Translations under genes and position numbers: made by a program
Part shown: positions 1 to 10,200 of the stretch, piece by piece
How positions within the stretch are numbered: position 1 is the stretch's first letter
Layout: every line of letters begins with the position of its first letter
Assembly: GCA_040399745.1 (NCBI GenBank)
Contig: JBBARP010000001.1
Coordinates: forward strand, 74,617-138,616
Reading direction: 5' to 3'
Length of the DNA: 64,000 nucleotides
Origin: Bdellovibrionia bacterium
Lineage (GTDB): Bacteria > Bdellovibrionota > UBA1018
Notes under the pieces: model-generated
Told to the model about the DNA's origin: nothing
The model's input: only the letters and a program-made list of their open reading frames with translations
Databases searched by the model: none

Positions 1-54
1 GAATCTCTGATCGAGCGCCTCGAAACTCCCGCAGGCGGCGGAACGTCTCACTGA
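1..54 (+). CDS. possible 3' end of a CDS entering from the left edge (ESLIERLETPAGGGTSH*)
   Basis: Frame 1 is open from base 1 to TGA at 52-54 and converges on the gene ending at 64; too short to identify. Confidence 0.3.
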   Translation, partial: ESLIERLETPAGGGTSH

Positions 55-63
55 ATTGATTTC

Positions 64-771
64 TTAGAACGTCACGCCGGCGTGAATCAGGAACGTCGTG
101 TAAGTGCCGCCGATGCTCAGCGTCTTGCCCGATGCCAGCTTCTTATCGGTTCCGAAGATATCGTGGAACGTCAGGGCTGAGCCGAAGAATAGATTGTCAG
201 TCAGTTGCAGATCCACACCTGGGCCAAGGTGCATCCCGAAGAGCACAGGCGAAACGGCGCTGGTGTCTTCCAAGCGAACGCGTGGCTTGTAGAAACCCAG
301 GCCCAAGGTTGCATAGGGAATGACTTTGTCGATCCAAGCCAGGTTGGCTCGAAGTCCGGTCAAGAACGTCGTTTGCGAATACTGACCGTCGGAATGCGTC
401 GAGAAGCCCAAACGAGTGTTGAAAGCGAACATCTCGCTGACGCCGTAGCTGTAGTGCAGTTCACCACCAATGGCGTCCGAGTAAGTGCCCAGATCGCCCA
501 TCAGAAAAATTTGTCCGACTGCGACTGATACGTTGTTCGACTCGGGCGAGAACGGTGTGATGCGATGAGTGCGACTTTCGCGGATGCGAATTGCACTGGC
601 GCGCCGAGGGGCCGCATCTTGAGTTTCTGCGGGACTCGCCGATGCTTGTGCCCAACCTGGGCGATCGCCCCAAGCGGCTAGACTAGTTTGAGCCCAAAGA
701 GAACTCAAAGTTCCCAGCACGAGGCCGGTGCGCCAGATCCATCGATTGGGATTCTTCCTGATTTCAGTCAT
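64..771 (-). CDS. outer-membrane beta-barrel protein (OmpA/OmpW-like 8-stranded barrel)
   Basis: Signal-peptide-like N-terminus, alternating amphipathic strands (PYATLGLG, LGPGVDL), C-terminal Phe (AGVTF); start taken at ATG 771. Confidence 0.7.
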   Translation of the reverse strand: MTEIRKNPNRWIWRTGLVLGTLSSLWAQTSLAAWGDRPGWAQASASPAETQDAAPRRASAIRIRESRTHRITPFSPESNNVSVAVGQIFLMGDLGTYSDAIGGELHYSYGVSEMFAFNTRLGFSTHSDGQYSQTTFLTGLRANLAWIDKVIPYATLGLGFYKPRVRLEDTSAVSPVLFGMHLGPGVDLQLTDNLFFGSALTFHDIFGTDKKLASGKTLSIGGTYTTFLIHAGVTF

Positions 772-829
772 CACGCGATTCCTTCGCATGACTCTTATTG
801 TAGGGAAGGAATGCGACTCTGCAAAAGGC

Positions 830-864
830 AAAAAGCCCGGCTTCCTTTCGGAAACCGGGCTCTT
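830..864 (-). terminator. Rho-independent terminator downstream of the PhaR-like gene
   Basis: Stem GCCCGG...CCGGGC; A5 at 830-834 is the U-tract on the minus strand. Confidence 0.7.
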
Positions 865-904
865 CGCTTAAAAAGCGTCAGCTGTCTGGCGCTGGCTCAA
901 TCGA

Positions 905-1261
905 TTACTGATTCATGACCGGCGCGCGGCCGATCTCGTTGTTGGCCAGGTTATTGTCGAAGTTCGCCAGTTCGGTGCTGATGCGGGCTTGGATGAAGCC
1001 CGAGAAGGAACCATCGCCGTGGCGGATGATTTCTTTCAGCAATTCTACCGAAGGCTGAGTCTTGGCTTTTTTCTCGCTCTCATAAAGGAGCTGAGTCAGC
1101 GTCGAAGCGGTGATGTCGTTCTTGGTTTTGTTGTCGATCACCCGGAGATCTTCGCCGCCTTTGATCATCTTGGCGATTTCGTCGAGCGTGACGTAGCTGG
1201 ACTCGTGAGTGTCGTAGAGCTTCCGGTTTTGGTACCGCTTGATGATCTTCACTTCTTTCAT
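905..1261 (-). CDS. polyhydroxyalkanoate synthesis regulator (PhaR-type) DNA-binding domain protein
   Basis: IIKRYQNRKLYDTHESSYVTL...DNKTKNDIT motif of the PhaR N-terminal domain; G-rich RBS before ATG 1261. Confidence 0.85.
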   Translation of the reverse strand: MKEVKIIKRYQNRKLYDTHESSYVTLDEIAKMIKGGEDLRVIDNKTKNDITASTLTQLLYESEKKAKTQPSVELLKEIIRHGDGSFSGFIQARISTELANFDNNLANNEIGRAPVMNQ

Positions 1262-1563
1262 GTTTTCCCCCTGGCAAAGGCGAGCGTTTTGGCGCCCCCC
1301 GTTGTTTGACACGTTCAGTTATGAACAATCCCCTGAGCCCATTCCTGTCGCCGAGCGTTACCGCCCGGAGAAGCATTGTGACACCCCATTGCCACAATGT
1401 GTCAAGCCTAGACTTCGGACGGAATAACAACCCGTCCCAATCCTGTCAAGACGTGTTAGAGGCGCCGCGTTTACTGCACCTCCTCATTTCTTGACGCTCG
1501 ATTCGTACGGGCGAACCGAACGACGGCATCTATTGCACGGGGTGTTCCAGCGCACTGCTGTAC

Positions 1564-1591
1564 TCAATCTTTTCTCCAAAAACGTCGATGG
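1564..1591 (+). promoter_or_regulatory. candidate sigma28 (FliA) promoter
   Basis: TCAAT-N15-GTCGATGG upstream of the TPR lipoprotein gene. Confidence 0.4.
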
Positions 1592-1615
1592 GTTCCTGAG
1601 GAAAGGGTGGGACTC

Positions 1616-3481
1616 ATGCAACGACACAATCGCGCCACAGCTCGATTCACAGTTCGATTCGGCTGGATCACTTGGGTGAGCTTGGGTCTAACTTCTTGCG
1701 CTCACACAGGAACTCGCACTGCCGATGCGCAGCTTGAATCTGAAATTGTTCCTGCGGTGGTGAGTTTGGATCAAGCCACTCAAGGGTCTTCGCTGCATCG
1801 CAGCGCAGAAGCTTCGGCCGAATACCATTTCAGTTTGGCACAGGCTTATGTTGCGGAAGGCAATTCCGATCGTGCGATCGAAGAGTTCAAGCTCGTGCTC
1901 GCATACGATCCGAAATCAGCATTGGTTCGCGGTCGCTTGGCTGCGGAATACATTAAGAAGGGCAACTTCGCCGCCGCGATGGAATCGTGCAAAGAAGCGC
2001 TGCAGCTCGATCCGAAGTTTACGGATGCACGCCTGATTTTAGCAGGGCTTTATGCTGCGTCGCGTGACACTGAGCAGGCTGTTGCTGAGTACGACCGAGT
2101 GCTGAAAGGCGAACCGGATCACGAGGAAGCAGCGGTCTATCGTGCTCAACTCTTGGTCGAAAACGGCCAAAGCGATCAAGCCTCGCAACAGCTCCGTGCA
2201 TTCTTGAAGCGAAATGGCGACTCGCCTTTAGCGTGGTTTTACCTCGGAAAAGCCGAGCAACGTCGCGAGCGCGTTCCTGCAGCGGTGGAAGCTTTCAAGC
2301 GCGCACTGGATGTTCGACCCGGTTTCACTCAGGCAGGACTGGCTCTCGGCTACTTGTACGAAACCCACAAAATGAACGCTCAAGCGGTCTCGCTCTATCG
2401 CGATCTCTACGATCAGACGCAAGATCTGGCTGCTGCCAATCGCTTAGCGACTCTTCTTCTGAAGGACGAGAAATTCAAAGAAGCTGTGTCGTACTTAGAA
2501 GCCATCGTCGCGGCGGATACTGAAGACCTCAACGCTCGCGTGAAGCTGGGTCTGGTGCAGATGGAATTGAAGCGCTGGGATCAAGCGGCCGCTCAGTTTG
2601 AAAGCATCCTGCAGCGAAACCCCGATGCCGATCGCATTCACTATTACTTAGCCAGCATCCACGAAGAGCGGAAGGATTCAGCCAAAGCCATCGCGTCACT
2701 CTTGATGATTCAAAGTGAATCGAAACTCTTTGGTGATGCGCGCTTGCATGCTGCTTACTTGCTCAAGCAGGACGGAAAAGACAAACAGGCCGAACGTTTG
2801 ATGGAAGAGTCCATTCAAGCAGCTCCTCGTATCCCGGGATTTCACTTGTTCCTGGCAAGCTTGGCAGAAGCCGAGAAAGATGTCGGCGGAGCGGTCTCTG
2901 TACTCGAGCGCGCCGTGGAACTTTTCCCCGAGGACGAGAAGGTTCGTTACTACTTGGGAAGTCTTTATGATCGTCAGGGGAAACAAGAGCGAAGCTTGAT
3001 TCAGATGGAAGCCATCCTTCGCTTTAGTCCCGACAACGTCGATGCATTGAATTACTTGGGCTACACGTGGACGCTTCGCGGAGTGCGTTTAAACGACGCC
3101 GAGAAGATGCTCCGCAAAGCGCTCTCTCTAAAACCGGATAACGGGTTCATTCGCGACAGCTGGGGTTGGCACCTCTATGTGCGCGGTCGTTTGAACGAAG
3201 CGGTGGTGGAGCTCGAGAAAGCGGCCAAGCTGAAGTCAGGCGAATCGACCATTCTGGAGCACTTGGCCGACGTTTACTTGCGCCTGAACCTGCGCGAAAA
3301 AGCGGCCCAGCGCTATGAAGAGGCGGCTCGCTTTGCCGACGACGACACTGCTCGCGAGAAACTTCGCGGGAAGTTGAACTTGGTTCGTGAGGAGATCGCC
3401 CGCCGTTCTGTGGGCCGAGGCGATCGCTTGCCCGCAGGCGAAGGCCACGCTCCGAAAGCTTCCAACGATCCTTCCAACTGA
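1616..3481 (+). CDS. TPR-repeat lipoprotein
   Basis: Lipobox LTSC, many TPR repeats, ALNYLGY and DSWGW motifs typical of the TPR protein found next to lolB; start ATG 1616 (or GTG 1607). Confidence 0.85.
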   Translation: MQRHNRATARFTVRFGWITWVSLGLTSCAHTGTRTADAQLESEIVPAVVSLDQATQGSSLHRSAEASAEYHFSLAQAYVAEGNSDRAIEEFKLVLAYDPKSALVRGRLAAEYIKKGNFAAAMESCKEALQLDPKFTDARLILAGLYAASRDTEQAVAEYDRVLKGEPDHEEAAVYRAQLLVENGQSDQASQQLRAFLKRNGDSPLAWFYLGKAEQRRERVPAAVEAFKRALDVRPGFTQAGLALGYLYETHKMNAQAVSLYRDLYDQTQDLAAANRLATLLLKDEKFKEAVSYLEAIVAADTEDLNARVKLGLVQMELKRWDQAAAQFESILQRNPDADRIHYYLASIHEERKDSAKAIASLLMIQSESKLFGDARLHAAYLLKQDGKDKQAERLMEESIQAAPRIPGFHLFLASLAEAEKDVGGAVSVLERAVELFPEDEKVRYYLGSLYDRQGKQERSLIQMEAILRFSPDNVDALNYLGYTWTLRGVRLNDAEKMLRKALSLKPDNGFIRDSWGWHLYVRGRLNEAVVELEKAAKLKSGESTILEHLADVYLRLNLREKAAQRYEEAARFADDDTAREKLRGKLNLVREEIARRSVGRGDRLPAGEGHAPKASNDPSN

Positions 3482-3523
3482 GAATTGTCTCTTCCAGGAG
3501 ACCGTGGGATGGTCACTATTCCG

Positions 3524-4240
3524 ATGAGAAACACCTTTGTACTGGCGATGGCTTTGGGGATTTCCATGGGGCTGGCAGGCTGTGCCTCGTCTCGCCCGGG
3601 GTTTTCCACTCGTCCGCTCGAGGAACTCCTTCAGCGTGCGTGCGCTCCCGGCCAAGACCTCCGCGAGGTCAGTGGATCGGTCTGGATGAAAGTGGCCTCT
3701 CGAGAAAGCTCGGGGCAGTTCCCAGCGCAGGTCAGGGCTGTGGAAGGCAAGCGAGTGGACCTGGAAGTGACGAATCTGCTCGGAGGCGTGGAAGCGCGCA
3801 TCCACGTGGACGAAGCGGGTTATCAGCTCGACCTTCCGGGAAAAAAGGGCCGGCAGGCTTCGCAGGAGCGCGGAGAAGGCCACTGGGGTGGGATTCCCCT
3901 GACTTGGGCTCCAGATCTGTTTTTGGGCCGCGTGCCGTGCCCGCCGCGCGCGCGTTGGTCCGAGCTCAAATACGAGCGGACGGCGTTGGGTGGGGTCAAG
4001 GCGACTTTACCGGCGCGCCTCGGAGGCGAGCAGGAGAGTTTTGAGTATTCCTTCCGGCGGTTTGAAGGCGAGCCCTGGCCTGAAACTTTGGTTTGGACCA
4101 AGTCCGGAGCGTTTGCCCGTCAGGTCACTTTCCAGATGGATGACCCGGAAAAGGGAAGCTCAAGCCCCCGCAAAATCGTCGCGAAATCGGACTTGGGAGA
4201 AGTCAAAATCCGCTGGACTCGTCGGGACTTGACTCGTTGA
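3524..4240 (+). CDS. LolB-like/DUF4292-like outer-membrane lipoprotein
   Basis: Lipobox LAGC, beta-rich, 'LEVTNLLGG' segment, position directly after the TPR gene. Confidence 0.5.
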   Translation: MRNTFVLAMALGISMGLAGCASSRPGFSTRPLEELLQRACAPGQDLREVSGSVWMKVASRESSGQFPAQVRAVEGKRVDLEVTNLLGGVEARIHVDEAGYQLDLPGKKGRQASQERGEGHWGGIPLTWAPDLFLGRVPCPPRARWSELKYERTALGGVKATLPARLGGEQESFEYSFRRFEGEPWPETLVWTKSGAFARQVTFQMDDPEKGSSSPRKIVAKSDLGEVKIRWTRRDLTR

Positions 4241-4265
4241 CTTGCCTCCTTTCGCACGCTAGCTT
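4237..4265 (+). promoter_or_regulatory. candidate sigma70 promoter of the peptide ABC operon
   Basis: TTGACT-N17-TAGCTT. Confidence 0.45.
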
Positions 4266-4318
4266 CGCCCCCTAATCCAGGCTCGGAACGGTCCGAGCTC
4301 AAGTCGAGGGTTCAGGCG

Positions 4319-6091
4319 ATGAAGGTCCGTGTGGGGCACGCATTGCGTGCGGGTTTAGTCGGTGTGGCTGCGTTGGCAATTCTGGTTTCCGGATGCTCCA
4401 AAAAGGGTGGAGTGGCACCGGGGACTCTCAGGTACCCCATTCGCGCCAAAGTGAAAGGGCTAGATCCCATTCACGCGGATGACGAGTTCTCGGGAACGAT
4501 TTCGCACGCTCCTTATGAGAATCTTTATCAGTACCACTACCTGAAGCGTCCGTTCACCTTGGTGCCTCAGCTCGCAGCAGCGATGCCGACGATTTCCAAA
4601 GATGGAAAAATTTGGACCATTCCCTTGCGGCAAGGTGTCTTGTTCCATGATGACCCGAGCTTCAAAGCGACCGCAGGCAAGGGTCGCGAGATGACGGCAG
4701 ACGACGTCATCTACTCGTTCAAGCGCCTCGCGGATCCAAAGAATCGCTCGTCAGGCTGGTGGGTTCTGGACGGAAAAATCTTGGGCCTGAACGCTTGGCG
4801 GGAAGCTGCGACAAAGGCCGGCACGACGGATTACGCCGCCCCGGTCGAAGGTCTGGTGGCCTTGGATAAGTACACGCTGCAACTGAAGTTGCCTCAGCCC
4901 AGTTACCAGCTCATTTACAGCCTTCAGATGACTTTCACTTCTATTGTTCCTCGCGAAGCGGTCGAACATTACGGTAAAGAGTTCATCAACCACGCCGTGG
5001 GAACGGGACCGTGGAAACTGAGCGAATTCAACGGTTCTGCGAAAGCGGTTTTCGTGAAGAACCCCACCTATCGCGAGGAACTCTACCCTTCGGAAGGTGA
5101 AGCGGGAGATGCCGAAAAGGGCCTTCTGGCCGATGCGGGCAAGCGCCTGCCGCTGGCTGATAAGCTCGTCTATACGATCTTTGTGGAAGACCAGCCCATG
5201 TGGTTGAACTTCATGAAGGGGACGTTGGATATCACGACGATTCCGAAGGACAACTTCGCTCAAGCGGTGGGTCCGGATGGTCAGATGACTCCTGACATGA
5301 AGACACAGAACATCACCCTTCATGTGACGCCTCAGTTGGATGTCACCCACGAGTCGTTCAATATGGACGATCCGTTGGTGGGAAAGAATAAGTACCTTCG
5401 TCAAGCGATGAGCTTGGCCATCAACGACAAGCCGTTCATTGAGACGTTCTACAACGGGCGCGCGATCCCGGCTCAGGGGCCGATTCCTCCGGGCTTAGCC
5501 GGGTATGATGAAAAACTGAAAAACCCTTACAGGCAATTCAATCTGGAAAAAGCAAAGCAGCTACTGGCGAAAGCGGGTTTCCCAGAAGGCAAAGGCCTGC
5601 CGACGCTTGAGTACATCACCTATTCGAATTCCACGAATCGCCAGTTCAACGAATACATCGAACGCGAATGGGCGACCTTGGGCGTGAAGGTAAAGTTCAC
5701 CACTTACTCCTGGCCCGAATTCCAAGCTTCGATCAAAAATCGAAAGGGCCAGATTTGGAGCTTTGCCTGGGGCGGGGACTATCCGGACGCTGAGAACTTC
5801 CTTCAGCTTTTCTATTCGAAGAACGGCTCCCCGGGGCCGAATGACTCAAATTTCAAGAATGCCGAATTTGATCGGCTCTATGAAAAAGCTCTCCTTTTGC
5901 CGGATAGCCCAGCACGGACTGCACTCTATCAACAGATGCAGGCCATTGTGATCGAGGAGTCGCCTTGGATTCCGATGGTCCATCGTCTGGGTTACAACGC
6001 GACTCGTTCGTGGCTGAAGAACTTCAAGCGAATCGACGAGCAGCACAATCCATCGAAGTACTACCGCGTGGAAGCTCCAGCGAAAAACTGA
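4319..6091 (+). CDS. peptide ABC transporter substrate-binding lipoprotein (family 5, OppA/DppA-like)
   Basis: Lipobox VSGC; LDP, LRQGVLFHD, GTGPW, WGGDYPD motifs. Confidence 0.92.
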   Translation: MKVRVGHALRAGLVGVAALAILVSGCSKKGGVAPGTLRYPIRAKVKGLDPIHADDEFSGTISHAPYENLYQYHYLKRPFTLVPQLAAAMPTISKDGKIWTIPLRQGVLFHDDPSFKATAGKGREMTADDVIYSFKRLADPKNRSSGWWVLDGKILGLNAWREAATKAGTTDYAAPVEGLVALDKYTLQLKLPQPSYQLIYSLQMTFTSIVPREAVEHYGKEFINHAVGTGPWKLSEFNGSAKAVFVKNPTYREELYPSEGEAGDAEKGLLADAGKRLPLADKLVYTIFVEDQPMWLNFMKGTLDITTIPKDNFAQAVGPDGQMTPDMKTQNITLHVTPQLDVTHESFNMDDPLVGKNKYLRQAMSLAINDKPFIETFYNGRAIPAQGPIPPGLAGYDEKLKNPYRQFNLEKAKQLLAKAGFPEGKGLPTLEYITYSNSTNRQFNEYIEREWATLGVKVKFTTYSWPEFQASIKNRKGQIWSFAWGGDYPDAENFLQLFYSKNGSPGPNDSNFKNAEFDRLYEKALLLPDSPARTALYQQMQAIVIEESPWIPMVHRLGYNATRSWLKNFKRIDEQHNPSKYYRVEAPAKN

Positions 6092-6115
6092 AGATCGGGA
6101 GGCTCAGGATAAGCG

Positions 6116-7051
6116 ATGCTCACATTCCTGCTCAGGCGTCTTTTGGCGGCGATTCCCACGCTCTTTGGGGTGGCGCTGATCACCTTCGTGCTTTTCAACC
6201 TGGTCGGTGGCGATCCCACCTACCAAATGCTCGGAAAGCACGCGACCGCTCAGCAGGTTGCTGAACTTCGGCATGAGTATGGCTTTGACCGGCCTCTACC
6301 GATTCAGTTCGTGGATTACCTGAAACAGATTGTGACCTTCGACTTTGGTCGAAGCTATGCAACGAAGCAGGAAATCTCGAGCATGATCTCGAATAGCTTA
6401 GGCCCTTCGATGTCGCTCGCCATTCCTGCCTTTATCGTCACCACCTTGCTCGGGATCGTGATTGCGCTTTTGGTGGCTTATCACCGCGGTCGCGCCGTGG
6501 ACCGGGTGGGCGTGGTTCTTTGCGTAATCGGGATGAGTTTACCGAGCCTCGCCTACATCCTGTTTGGGCAGTACGTTCTGGCTTACCAAATGGGCTGGTT
6601 CCCCATTTCTGGATGGGATTCAGAATGGTCGGAACGTTGGAGCTACATCTCCATGCCGCTATTGATCTGGGTGGCGGTGAGTTTGGGTCACGAGGTGCGC
6701 TTCTTCCGGACGGCTATTTTGGAAGAGACCGGGCAGGACTACGTCCGAACGGCGCGCGCCAAAGGACTTCCTGAAAAGCGGGTGTTCTTTAAGCACGTAC
6801 TCAAGAACAGCATGGTTCCGATCGTGACGAACGTGGTGCTTGAGATTCCTCTTTTGATCTTGGGAGCGTTTCTTTTGGAGGGCTTCTTTGGAATTCCTGG
6901 CATCGGATCGATGACCATCGACGCCGTGAACAACAGTGACTTGCCTGTGTTGAAGGCGATGACCACGCTCACTTCGTTTCTGATGATCTTCGGGAACCTG
7001 ATGACAGACATTGTTTACACTTGGGTGGATCCGCGGGTGAGCCTCAAATGA
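6116..7051 (+). CDS. peptide ABC transporter permease (OppB/DppB-like)
   Basis: DFGRS, DYVRTARAKGL, F-G-I-PG-G, VDPRV motifs. Confidence 0.93.
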   Translation: MLTFLLRRLLAAIPTLFGVALITFVLFNLVGGDPTYQMLGKHATAQQVAELRHEYGFDRPLPIQFVDYLKQIVTFDFGRSYATKQEISSMISNSLGPSMSLAIPAFIVTTLLGIVIALLVAYHRGRAVDRVGVVLCVIGMSLPSLAYILFGQYVLAYQMGWFPISGWDSEWSERWSYISMPLLIWVAVSLGHEVRFFRTAILEETGQDYVRTARAKGLPEKRVFFKHVLKNSMVPIVTNVVLEIPLLILGAFLLEGFFGIPGIGSMTIDAVNNSDLPVLKAMTTLTSFLMIFGNLMTDIVYTWVDPRVSLK

Positions 7052-7983
7052 CCAGCGACGGAACAACGGGAAACATGGCGACCCTAGCGGCTGCAACGGG
7101 AAGCTCGGGAATGGCTCCAGTCAAGGAAATCAAAGGTCGAAGCCTTTGGGCAGACGCCGTTCGGCGCTTTAAGAAAGACTACTTCGCTGTGGTCTGTCTC
7201 GGAATCATTGCGCTCTACGCAGCCATCGCGATCCTTGCCAGCTTGGGCTGGATCGCGAGTCCTTGGGATCAAGTAATTGGTGCCCCCTATGCGCCGCCCT
7301 CATTGGAGTCTTTGGCGCACCTTTTTGGAACGGACATTTTTGGGCGTAGCGTCTTTTTCAAAACGCTTCACGGCACTCGCATTGCCATGAGCGTGGGGCT
7401 CGTTGCTTCCCTGATCGCCATTCCCTTGGGCGTGAGTTTGGGCGCACTGGCGGGCTATTTTGGCGGCTGGATCGATGAATTGATCGTGTGGTTCTACACC
7501 ACGCTTTCCTCCATCCCGAACATTATGCTCTTGATCGCCATTACGTTCGTGCTGGGAAAAGGCACGACGTCCATTTACGTCGCACTCGGCGTGACTTCGT
7601 GGATCGGCCTAGCGCGCGTGATTCGCGGCGAATTCATCAAGCATAAGAATCGCGACTACGTGGTGGCGGCGGCAAGTCTAGGCGCCTCGCACACTTCGCG
7701 AATCTTCAAACACATCCTTCCGAACGTCTCGCACTTCATCATCATCAACCTGTCGATGCAGTTCATGGGCGCCATCAAGAGCGAAGTGATTCTTTCGTTC
7801 TTGGGCTTGGGCGTGCGTGGGCAGCCCTCCTGGGGCGTGATGATTGACGACGCGAAGCTCGAGCTTTCGCGCGGGGTTTGGTGGCAGCTCGGTGGCGCCA
7901 CTTTAGCCATGTTCTTTGTGGTCTTGGCATTCAATATCGTGGGCGATGCGCTTCGAGATGCGCTCGATCCGAAGATCAAGTGA
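7048..7983 (+). CDS. peptide ABC transporter permease (OppC/DppC-like)
   Basis: [38 protein letters not shown] overlap with the upstream gene. Confidence 0.93.
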   Translation: MTSDGTTGNMATLAAATGSSGMAPVKEIKGRSLWADAVRRFKKDYFAVVCLGIIALYAAIAILASLGWIASPWDQVIGAPYAPPSLESLAHLFGTDIFGRSVFFKTLHGTRIAMSVGLVASLIAIPLGVSLGALAGYFGGWIDELIVWFYTTLSSIPNIMLLIAITFVLGKGTTSIYVALGVTSWIGLARVIRGEFIKHKNRDYVVAAASLGASHTSRIFKHILPNVSHFIIINLSMQFMGAIKSEVILSFLGLGVRGQPSWGVMIDDAKLELSRGVWWQLGGATLAMFFVVLAFNIVGDALRDALDPKIK

Positions 7984-7994
7984 GGGGAAGGGAA

Positions 7995-9029
7995 ATGAGC
8001 GGAACCTCGAGCGATCTGATCCTGGACGTAAAGAATTTGGAGACGACGTTCTTCACCGAAGGCGGCGCAGTCCGCGCGGTCGATGACGTCAGCTTCTCGG
8101 TCTACAAGGGAAAGACCTTGGGCTTAGTCGGCGAATCAGGCTGCGGGAAATCGGTAACAAGCCTTTCGATCATGCGCTTGATTCCGAATCCTCCCGGCCG
8201 CATCACGCGCGGTGAGATCCTTTATCAAGGACGCGACCTTCTGAAGGCGTCTGCCGAAGAAATGCGAAAAATCCGGGGAAATGAAATCTCCATGATTTTT
8301 CAGGAACCCATGACTTCCCTGAATCCGGTGTTCACAATTGGCAACCAGCTGATGGAAGCCATCACTCTGCACCAGGATTTGTCTAAGTCGGCGGCTCGCG
8401 ACAAAGCCATCGAGATGCTTCAGCTCGTGGGCATTCCAGCTCCTGAGAAGCGGATCGTGGATTACCCGCATCAGCTTTCGGGCGGCATGCGCCAGCGGGT
8501 GATGATTGCGATGGCATTGTCCTGCAATCCGAACGTGCTGATTGCGGACGAACCGACGACTGCTTTGGACGTGACCATCCAGGCTCAGATTTTGGATCTT
8601 TTGCGTGACCTTCAGCAGAAGGTGGGAATGGCGCTGATCCTGATCACCCACGACCTAGGCGTAGTTGCTGAGATGGCCGATGAGGTTTGCGTGATGTACG
8701 CGGGTCGAGTGGCCGAGCGTGCTCCGGTGCGAGAGATTTTTAAGAATCCTCGGCACCCCTACACTCGTGGCCTCCTGAACAGCATTCCGACTCTGTCGAT
8801 GGATCCGACCGGCAAAGTGAAGAAGAAGCGCCTGGAGACCATCCCAGGCATCGTGCCGAGCCTTCTTGAGTTGCCACGGGGTTGCCGATTCCAAGAGCGC
8901 TGCTCGTTTGTCGGAGAGGACTGTCGGGGCGATGAGCCCGGGCTTCGCGACGCGCGAACTCCAGGCAATCTGACCGGAGCAGTTCACCAAGTGCGGTGCG
9001 TGCGTGAACTGACGGGAGGTGCGGGATGA
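7995..9029 (+). CDS. peptide ABC transporter ATP-binding protein (OppD/DppD-like)
   Basis: [33 protein letters not shown]-terminal Cys motif. Confidence 0.95.
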   Translation: MSGTSSDLILDVKNLETTFFTEGGAVRAVDDVSFSVYKGKTLGLVGESGCGKSVTSLSIMRLIPNPPGRITRGEILYQGRDLLKASAEEMRKIRGNEISMIFQEPMTSLNPVFTIGNQLMEAITLHQDLSKSAARDKAIEMLQLVGIPAPEKRIVDYPHQLSGGMRQRVMIAMALSCNPNVLIADEPTTALDVTIQAQILDLLRDLQQKVGMALILITHDLGVVAEMADEVCVMYAGRVAERAPVREIFKNPRHPYTRGLLNSIPTLSMDPTGKVKKKRLETIPGIVPSLLELPRGCRFQERCSFVGEDCRGDEPGLRDARTPGNLTGAVHQVRCVRELTGGAG

Positions 9030-10003
9030 GCGGCGAAGTTTTGCTATCCGTTCGGAACCTGGTGAAGCGTTTTCCGATTCATGGCGGTTTGTTGTCGCGT
9101 GAAGTGGCTTCGGTTCAAGCCGTCTCGGATGTCTCGTTTGATATCCGAAAGGGCGAGACCTTAGGTTTGGTCGGTGAGTCGGGCTGCGGAAAGTCGACGC
9201 TCGGTCGCTGTATCCTTCGTCTGATTGAGCCCACCTCGGGTCAGGTGTTTTTCAAAGGCCAGGACATCACAAAACTTTCGATTCCGGAGATGCGAAAACT
9301 TCGGCGCAACATGCAGATCATCTTTCAGGATCCGTATGCTTCGCTGAACCCGCGTATGACGGTCGAAGATATCTTGGCCGAGCCGCTCGAAATTCACGGC
9401 ATCGGCAATTCTCGCCAAGAGCGCCGGAAGCGGATTTTGGAGCTTTTGGATCTTTGCGGTCTGCGACGCGAAGCCATTCAGCGTTACCCGCATGAGTTCT
9501 CGGGCGGGCAGCGTCAGCGCATTTGCATTGCACGCGCTTTGGCCGTGAACCCTGAGTTCATTGTTTGTGACGAGCCCGTGTCGGCTCTGGATGTTTCCAT
9601 CCAGGCGCAGATCGTGAACCTGATGCAGGACCTGCAAAAGGAGCTTGGGCTCACTTACCTTTTCATCGCGCACGACTTGAAAGTGGTCGAACACATCTCC
9701 ACGCGAGTGGCTGTGATGTATCTGGGGAAAGTGGCTGAGTCGGCTTCGGCCGAAGAGCTTTATCAGTCGCCGAAGCACCCCTACACGCGGGCGCTTCTGT
9801 CGGCGATTCCGATTCCCGATCCGGATTACCGCAAAGAGCGGATCATTTTGCGAGGCGATGTGCCTTCGCCGATTTCTCCGCCAAGCGGCTGTTACTTTCA
9901 TCCTCGGTGTCCGTCGGTGCAGGACAACTGCAGGGTGGATCGTCCCGAGTACCGAAGTTTGGGTTCGGAAACTCACGGCGCAGCCTGTCACTACGCGACT
10001 TGA
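9026..10003 (+). CDS. peptide ABC transporter ATP-binding protein (OppF/DppF-like)
   Basis: [37 protein letters not shown]. Confidence 0.95.
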   Translation: MSGEVLLSVRNLVKRFPIHGGLLSREVASVQAVSDVSFDIRKGETLGLVGESGCGKSTLGRCILRLIEPTSGQVFFKGQDITKLSIPEMRKLRRNMQIIFQDPYASLNPRMTVEDILAEPLEIHGIGNSRQERRKRILELLDLCGLRREAIQRYPHEFSGGQRQRICIARALAVNPEFIVCDEPVSALDVSIQAQIVNLMQDLQKELGLTYLFIAHDLKVVEHISTRVAVMYLGKVAESASAEELYQSPKHPYTRALLSAIPIPDPDYRKERIILRGDVPSPISPPSGCYFHPRCPSVQDNCRVDRPEYRSLGSETHGAACHYAT

Positions 10004-10013
10004 GTCCTGAGTC

Positions 10014-10067
10014 GACTTGCGGTGAGCGTCTTTTGACGCTTAACGCGACGAGTCTTTTGGGTTTTTT
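10014..10067 (+). terminator. possible terminator of the ABC operon
   Basis: AGCGTC-TTTT-GACGCT hairpin, extendable, followed by T-rich runs. Confidence 0.4.
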
Positions 10068-10200
10068 ACTGGGCCTGGACGGCAGATCAACTACTTGCCG
10101 CATCGCAGCAAGGTGGTGACCCTGGAAATGAGCGGAACCCTACAATTTTGCGAGGGAATTTCCGATCAGAGCATGTCGAGGTTCGCCTCGAATATTGCCC

